Origin: Eledone cirrhosa
Taxonomy: Eukaryota
Direction of reading: 5' to 3'
Length of the DNA: 64,000 nucleotides
Assembly (NCBI GenBank): GCA_964016885.1
Contig: OZ024742.1
Location: forward strand, 16,430,001-16,494,000
The notes under the pieces were generated by a model. The model saw only the letters and a program-made list of their open reading frames with translations, had not been told where the DNA came from and did not search any database. Shown here in pieces: positions 52,401 through 64,000 of this stretch; the stretch's first letter is position 1; each line of letters starts with the position of its first letter. The position numbers were made by a program, and so were the translations under genes.

Positions 52401-55400
52401 AATGATGGTAGTGAGAGTGATGTTGACAACTGTAATATTAACAATGATGGTTGTGACAGTGATGTTGACAACTGTAGTATTAACAATGATGATATTGACA
52501 GTGATGTTGACAACTGTAGTATTAACAATGATGGTAGTAACAGTGATGTTGACAACTGTAATATAAACAATGATGGTAGTGACAGTGATGTTGACAACTG
52601 GAGTATTAACAATGATGATATTGACAGTGATGTTGACAACTGAAATATTAACAATGTTCTTAGTAACAGTGATGTTGACAACTGTAGTATTAGCAATGAT
52701 GGTAGTGACAGTGATGTTGACAACTGTAATATTAAAAATGATGGTAGTAACAGTGATGTTGACAACTGGAGTATTAACAATGATGATATTGAGAGTGAAG
52801 TTAACAACTGTAATATTAACAATGATGGTAGTGACAGTGATGTTGACAACTGTAGTATTAACAATGATGGTAGTGACATTTATGTTGATAACTGTAGTAT
52901 TAACAATGATGGTAGTGACAGTGATGTTGACAACTGTAGTATTAACAATGATGGTAGTAACAGTGATGTTGACAACTGTAGTATTAACAATGATGGTAGT
53001 GACAGTGATGTTGACAACTGTAGTATTAACAATGATGGTAGTAACAGTGATGTTGACACCCAACTGTAATATTAACAATGATGGTAGTGACAGTGATGTT
53101 GACAACTGTAGTATTAACAATGATGGTAGTGACAGTGATGTTGACACTTGTAATATTAACAATGATGGTAGTAACAGTGATGTTGACAACTGGAGTATTA
53201 ACAATGATGGTAGTGACAGTGATGTTGACAACTGTAGTATTAACAATGATGGTAGTGACAGTGATGTTGACAACGGTAGTATTAACAATAATGGTAGTGA
53301 CAGTGATGTTGACAACTGTAATATTAACAATGCTGGTAGTAACAGTGATGTTGACATCTGCAATATTAACAATGATGGTAGTGACAGTGATGTTGACAAC
53401 TGTAGTATTAACAATGATGGTAGTGAGTTATGTTGACAACTGTAGTATTAACAATGATGGTAGTGAAGTGATGTTGACAACTTTAGTATTAACAATGATG
53501 GTAGTGACAGTTATGTTGACAACTGTAGTATTAACAATGATTGTAGTGACAGTGATGTTGACAACTGTAATATTAACAATGATGGTAGTAACAGTGATGG
53601 TGACAACTGTAGTATTAACAATGATGATATTGCCAGTGATGTTGACAACTGTAATATTAACAATGATGGCAGTAACAGTGATGTTGACAACTGTAGTATT
53701 AACAATGATGGTAGTGACAGTGATGTTGACAAGTGTAGTATTAATAATGATGGTAGTAACAGTGATGTTGACAACTGTAATATTAACAATGATGGTAGTA
53801 ACAGTGATGTTGACAACTGTAGTATTAACAATAATGGTAGTGACAGTGATGTTGACAACTGTAGTATTAACAATGATGGTAGTGACAGTGATGTTGACAA
53901 CTGTAGAATTAACAATGATGGTAGTGACAGTGATGTTGACAACTGTAATATTAACAATGATGGTAGTGACAGTGAATTTGACAACTGTGATATTAACAAT
54001 GATGGTAGTGACAGTGATGTTGACAACTGTAATATTAACAATGATGGTAGTGACAGTGATGTTGACAACTGTAATATTAACAATGATGGTAGTAACAGTG
54101 ATGTTGACAACTGTAGTATTAACAATGATGATAGTGACAGTGATGTTGACAACTGTAGTATTAACAATGCTGGTAGTAACAGTGATGTTGACATCTGCAA
54201 TATTAACAATGATGGTAGTGACAGTGATGTTGACAACTGTAGTATTAACAATGATGGTAGTGACAGTGATGTTGACAACTGTAGTATTAACAATGATGGT
54301 AGTGACAGTGATGTTGACAACTGTAATATTAACAATGATGGTAGTAACAGTGATGTTGACAACTGTAGTATTAACAATGATGATATTGCCAGTGATGTTG
54401 ACAACTGTAATATTAACAATGATGGTAGTAACAGTGATGTTGACAACTGTAGTATTAAAAATGATGGTAGTGACATTGATGTTGACAACTGTAGTATTAA
54501 CAATGATGGTAGTGACAGTGATGTTGACAACTGTATTATTAACAATGCTGGTAGTAACAGTGATGTTGACATCTGCAATATTAACAATGATGGTAGTGAC
54601 AGTGATGTTGACAACTGTAGTATTAACAATGATGGTAGTGACAGTGATGTTGACAACTGTAGTATTAACGATGATGGTAGTAACAGTGATGTTGACAACT
54701 GTAATATTAACAATGATGGTAGTGACAATGATGTTGACAACTGTAATATTAACAATGATGGTAGTAACAGTGATGTTGACAACTTTAGTATTAACAATGA
54801 TGGTAGTGACAGTGATGTTGACAACTGTAGTATTAACAATGATGGTAGTAACAGTGATGTTGACAACTGTAATATTAAAAATGATGGTAGTGACAATGAT
54901 GTTGACAACTGTAATATTAACAATGATGGTAGTAACAGTGATGTTGACAACTGGAGTATTAACAATGATGGTAGTGAGAGTGATTTTGACAACTGTAGTA
55001 TTAACAATGATAGTAGTGACAGTGTTGTTGACAACTGTAGTATTAACAATGATGGTAGTAACAGTGATGTTGACAACTGCAATATTAACAATGATGGTAG
55101 TGACAGTGATGTTGACAACTGTAGTATTAACAATGATGATATTGACAGTGATGTTGACAACTGTAATATTAACAATGATGGTAGTAACAGTGATGTTGAC
55201 AACTGAAGTATTAACAATGATGGTAGTGACAGTGATGTTGACAACTGTAGTATTAACAATGATGATATTGACAGTGATGTTGACATCTGTAATATTAACA
55301 ATGATGGTAGTAACAGTGATGTTGACAACTGGAGTATTAACAATGATGGTAGTAACAGTGATGTTGACAACTGCAATATTAACAATGATGGTAGTAACAG

Positions 55401-58400
55401 TGATGTTGACAACTGTAGTATTAACAATGATGGTAGTGACATTTATGTTGACAACTGTAATAGTAACAATGATGGTAGTGACAGTGATGTTGACAACTGT
55501 AGTATTAACAATGATGGTAGTAACAGTGATGTTGACAACTGGAGTATTAACAATGATGGTAGTGACAGTGATGTTAACAACTGTAGTATTAACAATGATG
55601 GTAGTGACATTGATGTTGACAACTGTAATAGTAACAATGATGGTAGTGACAGTGATGTTGACAACTGTAGTATTAACAATGATGATAGTGACAGTGATGT
55701 TGACAACTGTAGTATTAACAATGCTGGTAGTAACAGTGATGTTGACATCTGCAATATTAACAATGATGGTAGTGACAGTGATGTTGACAACTGTAGTATT
55801 AACAATGATGGTAGTGACAGTGATGTTGACAACTGTAGTATTAACAATCATGGTAGTGACAGTGATTTTGAGAACTGTAGTATTAACAATGATGGCAGTG
55901 ACAGTGATGTTGACAACTGTAGTATTAACAATGATGGTAATGACTGTGATGTTGACAACTGGAGTATTAACAATGATGGTAGTAACAGTGATGTTGACAA
56001 CTGTAGTATTAACAATGATGGTAGTGACAGTGATGTTGACAACTGTAATATTAATAATGATGGTAGTAACAGTGATGTTGACAACTGTAGTATTAACAAT
56101 GATGGTAGTGACAGTGATGTTGACAACTGTAATATTAACAATGATGGTAGTAACAGTGATGTTGACAACTGTAGTATTAACAATGATGGTAATGACTGTG
56201 ATGTTGACAACTGTAATATTAACAATGATGGTAGTAACAGTGATGGTGACAACTGTAGTATTAACAATGATGGTAGTGACATTGATGTTGACAATTGTAG
56301 TATTAACGATGATGGTAGTGACAGTGATGTTGACAACTGTAATATTAACAATGATGATAGTAGCAGTGATGTTGACAACTGTAGTATTAACAATGATGAT
56401 ATTGACAGTGATGTTGACAACTCAAATATTAACAATGATGGTAGTAACAGTGATGTTGACAGCTGTAGTATTAACAATGATGGTAGTGACAGTGATGTTG
56501 ACAACTGTAATATTAAAAATGATGGTAGTAACAGTGATGTTGACAACTGGAGTATTAACAATGATGATATTGACAGTGATGTTGACAACCGTAATATTAA
56601 CAATGATGGTAGTAACAGTGATGTTGACAACTGTAGTATTAACAATGATGGTAGTGACAGTGATGTTGACAACTGTAGTATTAACAATGATGGTAGTGAC
56701 AGTGATGATGACAACCAACTGTAATATTAACAATGATGGTAGTGACAGTGATGTTGACAACTGTAGTATTAACAATGATGGTAGTGACAGTGATGTTGAC
56801 AACTGTAGTATTAACAATGATGGTAGTAACAGTGATGTTGACAACTGTAGTATTAACAATGATGGTAGTAACAGTGATGTTGACAACTGTAGTATTAACA
56901 ATGATGGTAGTAACAGTGATGTTGACAACTGTAGTGTTAACAATGATGATATTGACAGTGATGTTGACAACTGTAGTATTAACAATGATGGTAGTGACAG
57001 TGATGTTGAAAACTTTAGTATTAACAATGATGATATTGACAGTGATGTTGACAACTGTAGTATTAACAATGATGGTAGTGACAGTGATGTTGACAACTGT
57101 AGTATTAACAATGATGGTAGTAACAGTGATGTAGACAACTGTAGTATTAACAATGATGATAGTGAGAGTGATGTTGACAACTGTAATATTAACAATGATG
57201 GTTGTGACAGTGATGTTGACAACTGTAGTATTAACATTGATGGTAGTGACAGTGATGTTGACAACTGTAGTATTAACAATGATGGTAGTCACAGTGATGT
57301 TGACAACTGTAATATTGACAATGATGGTAGTGACAATGATGTTGACAACTCTAATATTAACAATGATGGTAGTAACAGTGATGTTGACAACTGTAGTATT
57401 AACAATGATGGTAGTGACAGTGATGTTAACAACTGTAGTATTAACAATGATGGTAGTGACATTGATGTTGACAACTGTAATAGTAACAATGATGGTAGTG
57501 ACAGTGATGTTGACAACTGTAGTATTAACAATGATGGTAGTAACAGTGATGTTGACAACTGTATTATTAACAAAGATGATAGTGACAGTGATGTTGACAA
57601 CTGTAGTATTAACAATGCTGGTAGTAACAGTGATGTTGACATCTGCAATATTAACAATGATGGTAGTGACAGTGATGTTGACAACTGGAGTATTAACAAT
57701 GATGGTAGTGACAGTGATGTTGACAACTGTAGTATTAACAATGATGGTAGTGACAGTGATTTTGAGAACTGTAGTATTAACAATGATGGTAGTGACAGTG
57801 ATGTTGACAACTGTAGTATTAACAATGATGGTAGTGACAGTGATGTTGACAACTGGAGTATTAACAATGATGGTAGTAACAGTGATGTTGACAACTGTAG
57901 TATTAACAATGATGGTAATGACTGTGATGTTGACAACTGGAGTATTAACAATGATGGTAGTAACAGTGATGTTGACAACTGTAGTATTAACAATGATGGT
58001 AGTGACAGTGATGTTGACAACTGTAATATTAACAATGATGGTAGTAACAGTGATGTTGACAACTGTAGTATTAACAATGATGGTAGTGACAGTGATGTTG
58101 ACAACTCAAATATTAACAATGATGGTAGTAACAGTGATGTTGACAGCTGTAGTATTAACAATGATGGTAGTGACAGTGATGTTGACAACTGTAATATTAA
58201 AAATGATGGTAGTAACAGTGATGTTGACAACTGGAGTATTAACAATGATGATATTGACAGTGATGTTGACAACCGTAATATTAACAATGATGGTAGTAAC
58301 AGTGATGTTGACAACTGTAGTATTAACAATGATGGTAGTGACAGTGATGTTGACAACTGTAGTATTAACAATGATGGTAGTGACAGTGATGATGACAACC

Positions 58401-61400
58401 AACTGTAATATTAACAATGATGGTAGTGACAGTGATGTTGACAACTGTAGTATTAACAATAATGGTAGTAACAGTGATGTTGACAACTGTAGTATTAACA
58501 ATGATGGTATTGACAGTGATGTTGACAACTGTAGTATTAACAATGATGGTAGTAACAGTGATGTTGATAACTGTAGTATTAACAATGATGGTAGTGACAG
58601 TGATGTTGACGACTGTAGTATTAACAATGATGGTAGTAACAGTGATGTTGACAACTGTAGTATTAACAATGATGGTAGCGACAGTGATGTTGACAACTGT
58701 AATATTAACAATGATGGTATTGACAGTGATGTTGACAACTGTAGTATTAACAATGATGGTAGTGAGAGTGATGTTGACAACTGTAATATTAACAATGATG
58801 GTTGTGACAGTGATGTTGACAACTGTAGTATTAACAATGATGATATTGACAGTGATGTTGACAACTGTAGTATTAACAATGATGGTAGTAACAGTGATGT
58901 TGACAACTGTAATATTAACAATGATGATAGTAACAGTGATGTAGACAACTGTAGTATTAACAATGATGATATTGACAGTGATGTTGACAACTGAAATATT
59001 AACAATGTTGGTAGTAACAGTGATGTTGACAACTGTAGTATTAACAATGATGGTAGTGACAGTGATGTTGACAACTGTAGTATTAACAATGATGGTAGTA
59101 ACAGTGATGTTGACACCCAACTGTAATATTAACAATGATGGTAGTGACAGTAATGTTAAGAACTGTAGTATTAACAATGATGGTAGTGACAGTGATGTTG
59201 ACAACGGTAGTATTAACAATAATGGTAGTGACAGTGATGTTGACAACTGTAGTATTAACAATGATGGTAGAGACAGTGATGTTGACAAGTGTAATATTAA
59301 CAATGATGGTAGTAACAGTGATGTTGACAACTGGAGTATTAACAATGATGATATTGACAGTGATGTTGACAACTGTAATATTAACAATGATGGTAGTAAC
59401 AGTGATGTTGACAACTGTAGTATTAACAATGATGGTAGTAACAGTGATGTTGACAACTGTAGTATTAACAATGATGGTAGTATCAGTTATGTTGACAACT
59501 GTAATATTAACAATGATGGTAGTAACAGTGATGTTGACAACTGTAGTATTAACAATGATGGTAGTAACAGTGATGTTGACAACTGTAGTATTAACAATGA
59601 TGGTAGTGACAGTGATGTTGACAACTGTAGTATTAACAATGATGGTAGTGACAGTGATGTTGACAACTGTAATATTAACAATGATGGTAGTGACAGTGAT
59701 GTTGACAACTGTAATATATACAATGATGGTAGTGACAGTGATGTTGACAACTGTAATATTAACAATGATGGTAGTGTCAGTGATGTTGACAACTGTAATA
59801 TTAACAATGATGGTAGTGACAGTGATGTTGACAACTGTAGTATTAACAATGATGATATTGCCAGTGATGTTGACAACTGTAATATTAACAATGATGGTAG
59901 TGACAGTGATGTTGACAACTGTAATATTAACAATGATGGTAGTGACAGTGATGTTGACAACTGTAATATTAACAATGATGGTAGTGACAGTGATGTTGAC
60001 AACTGTAATATTAACAATGATGGTAGTGACAGTGATGTTGACAACTGTAATATTAACAATGATGGTAGTAACAGTGATGGTGACAACTGTAGTATTAACA
60101 ATGATGATATTGCCAGTGATGTTGACAACTGTAATATTAACAATGATGGTAGTAACAGTGATGTTGACAACTGTAGTATTAACAATGATGGTAGTGACAG
60201 TGATGTTGACAACTGTAGTATTAACAATGATGCTAGTAACATTGATGTTGACAACCAACTGTAATATTAACAATGATGGTAGTGACAGTGATGTTGACAA
60301 ATGTAGTATTAACGATGATGGTAGTGACAGTGATGTTGACAACTGTAGTATTAACAATGATGGTAGTGACAGTGATGTTGACAACTGTGGTATTAACAAT
60401 AATGGTAGTGATAGTGATGTTGACAACTGTAGTATTAACAATGATGGTGTGTGACAGTGATGTTGACAACTGTAATATTAACAATGATGGTAGTAACAGT
60501 GATGTTGACAACTGTAGTATTAACAATAATGGTAGTGACAGTGATGTTGACAACTGTAGTATTAACAATGATGGTAGTGACAGTGATGTTGAAAACTGTA
60601 ATATTAACAATGATGGTAGTAACAGTGATGTTGACAACTGGAGTATTAACAATGATGATATTGACAGTGATGTTGACAACTGTAATATTAACAATGATGG
60701 TAGTAACAGTGATGTTGACAACTGTAGTATTAACAATGATGGTAGTGACAGTGATGTTGACAACTGTACTATTAACAATGATGGTAGTAACATTGATGTT
60801 GACAACTGTAATATTAACAATGATGGTAGTGACAGTGATGTTGACAACTCTAATATTAACAATGATGGTGGTAACAGTGATGTTGACAACTGTAGTATTA
60901 ACAATGATGGTAGTGACAGTGATGTTGACAACTTTATTATTAACAATGATGGTAGTGACAGTGATGTTGACAACTGTAATATTAACAATGATGGTAGTGA
61001 CAGTGATGTTGACAACTGTAATATTAACAATGATGGTAGTGACAGTGATGTTGACAACTGTAATATTAACAATGATGGTAGTAACAATGATGTTGACAAC
61101 TAGTATTAACAATGATGATAGTGATAGTGATGTTGACAACTGTAGTATTAACGATGCTGGTAGTAACAGTGATGTTGACATCTGCAATATTAACAATGAT
61201 GGTAGTGACAGTGATGTTGACAACTGTAGTATTAACAATGATGGTAGTGACAGTGATGTTGACAACTGTAATATTAACAATGATGGTAGTAACAGTGCTG
61301 TTGACAACTGTAGTATTAACAATGATGATATTGCCAGTGATGTTGACAACTGTAATATTAACAATGATGGTAGTAACAGTGATGTTGACAACTGGAGTAT

Positions 61401-64000
61401 TAACAATGATGATATTGACAGTGATGTTGACAACTGTAATATTAACAATGATGGTAGTAACAGTGATGTTGACAACTGTAGTATTAACGATGCTGGTAGT
61501 AACAGTGATGTTGACATCTGCAATATTAACAATGATGGTAGTGACAGTGATGTTGACAACTGTAGTATTAACAATGATGGTAGTAACAGTGATGTTGACA
61601 ACTGTAGTATTAACAATGATGGTAGTGACAGTGATGTTGACAACTGTAATATTAACAATGATGGTAGTGACAGTGATGTTGACAACTGTAGTATTAACAA
61701 TGATGGTAGTGACAGTGATGTTGACAACTGTAGTATTAACAATGATGGTAGTGACAGTGATGTTGACAACTGTGGTATTAACAATAATGGTAGTGATAGT
61801 GATGTTGACAACTGTAGTATTAACAATGATGGTGTGTGACAGTGATGTTGACAACTGTAATATTAACAATGATGGTAGTAACAGTGATGTTGACAACTGT
61901 AGTATTAACAATAATGGTAGTGACAGTGATGTTGAGAACTGTAGTATTAACAATGATGGTAGTGACAGTGATGTTGACAACTGTAATATTAACAATGATG
62001 GTAGTGACAGTGATGTTGACAACTGTAATATTAACAATGATGGTAGTAACAGTGATGTTGACAACTGTAGTATTAACAATGATGATAGTGACAGTGATGT
62101 TGACAACTGTAGTATTAACAATGCTGGTAGTAACAGTGATGTTGACATCTGCAATATTAACAATGATGGTAGTGACAGTGATGTTGACAACTGTAGTATT
62201 AACAATGATGGTAGTGACAGTGATGTTGACAACTGTAGTATTAACAATGATGGTAGTGACAGTGATGTTGACAACTGTAATATTAACAATGATGGTAGTA
62301 ACAGTGATGTTGACAACTGTAGTATTAACAATGATGATATTGCCAGTGATGTTGACAACTGTAATATTAACAATGATGGTAGTGACAGTGATGTTGACAT
62401 CTGCAATATTAACAATGATGGTAGTAACAGTGATGTTGACAACTGTAGTATTAAAAATGATGGTAGTGACATTGATGTTGACAACTGTAGTATTAAAAAT
62501 GATGGTAGTAACAGTGATGTTGACAACTGTAATATTAACAATGATGGTAGTGACAGTGATGTTGACAACTGTACTATTAACAATGATGGTAGTGACAGTG
62601 ATGTTGACAACTGTAGTATTAACAATGCTGGTAGTAACAGTGATGTTGACATCTGCAATATTAACAATGATTGTAGTGACAGTGATGTTGACAACTGTAG
62701 TATTAACAATGATGGTAGTAACATTGATGTTGACAACTGTAATATTAACAATGATGGTAGTGACAATGATGTTGACAACTGTAATATTAACAATGATGGT
62801 AGTAACAGTGATGTTGACAACTTTAGTATTAACAATGATGGTAGTGACAGTGATGTTGACAACTGTAGTATTAACAATGATGGTAGTAACAGTGATGTTG
62901 ACAACTGTAATATTAACAATGATGGTAGTGACAATGATGTTGACAACTGTAATATTAACAATGATGGTAGTAACAGTGATGTTGACAACTGGAGTATTAA
63001 CAATGATGGTAGTGACAGTGATGTTAACAACTGTAGTATTAACAATGATGGTAGTGACATTTATGTTGACAACTGTAATAGTAACAATGATGGTAGTGAC
63101 AGTGATGTTGACAACTGTAGTATTAACAATGATGGTAGTGAGAGTGATGTTGACAACTGTAATATTAACAATGATGGTAGTGACAGTGATGTTGACAACT
63201 GTAGTATTAACAATGATGATATTGACAGTGATGTTGACAACTGTAGTATTAACAATGCTGGTAGTAACAGTGATGTTGACATCTGCAATATTAACAAAGA
63301 TGGTAGTGACAGTGATGTTGACAACTGTAGTATTAACAATGCTAGTAGTAACAGTGATGTTGACATCTGCAATATTAACAATGATGGTAGTGACAGTGAT
63401 GTTGACAACTGGAGTATTAACAATGATGGTAGTAACAGTGATGTTGACAACTGTAGTATTAACAATGATGGTAGTAACAGTGATGTTGACAACTGTAATA
63501 TTAACAATGATGGTAGTGACAGTGATGTTGACAACTGTAGTATTAACAATGATGGTAGTGACAGTGATTTTGAGAACTGTAGTATTAACAATGATGGTAG
63601 TGACAGTGATGTTGACAACTGTAGTATTAACAATGATGGTAATGACTGTGATGTTGACAACTGGAGTATTAACAATGATGGTAGTAACAGTGATGTTGAC
63701 AACTGTAGTATTAACAATGATGGTAATGACTGTGATGTTGACAACTTTAGTATTAACAATGATGGTAGTAACAGTGATGTTGACAACTGTAGTATTAACA
63801 ATGATGGTAGTGACAGTGATGTTGACAACTGTAGTATTAACAATGATGGTAGTAACAGTGATGTTGACAACTGTAGTATTAACAATGATGGTAGTATCAG
63901 TTATGTTGACAACTGTAATATTAACAATGATGGTAGTAACAGTGATGTTGACAACTGTAGTATTAACAATGATGGTAGTAACAGTGATGTTGACAACTGT
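40450..64000. repeat. 42-bp satellite array, about 560 units, continuing beyond the window
   Basis: Consensus GATGTTGACAACTGTAGTATTAACAATGATGGTAGTGACAGT; variants recur in higher-order blocks. Confidence 0.98.

Noticed and set aside
40431-63885. Giant ORFs (up to 2337 aa) in the satellite as genes
   Set aside because: They are a by-product of a stop-free 42-bp unit: overlapping ORFs on both strands, frequent frameshifts and no unique domains.
40450-64000. CRISPR array
   Set aside because: No unique spacers, no cas genes, and the context is eukaryotic.

Overview
Eukaryotic, repeat-saturated window with no recognisable host gene. The mix of tRNA-derived SINEs, R4/Dong relics, Penelope elements and very long (TA)n/(CA)n tracts suggests a coleoid cephalopod such as Octopus (inference). 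Bases 1-37 kb hold six copies of an L1/Tx1-clade LINE: three appear full length (one with a 19-bp TSD, one almost intact) and three are partial. They form two subfamilies whose 3' ends sit in different microsatellites, (ATT)/(ACT)n versus (ATCT)n. Also present are R4/Dong relics in (TAA)n, a Penelope-like RT-GIY-YIG element, six hammerhead-ribozyme-like motifs (several in fold-back repeats), nine SINE copies, MITE-like elements and a 17-bp minisatellite. From about 40.45 kb to the end there is a >23.5-kb array of a 42-bp satellite with higher-order structure. Most notable: (1) in all three full-length LINEs, ORF1 and ORF2 are in the same frame, joined by a GTAAG / polypyrimidine / CAAC-ATG spacer that could splice them into one protein; (2) the LINEs appear to target microsatellites; (3) a cluster of fold-back hammerheads. 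All coordinates were read by eye.
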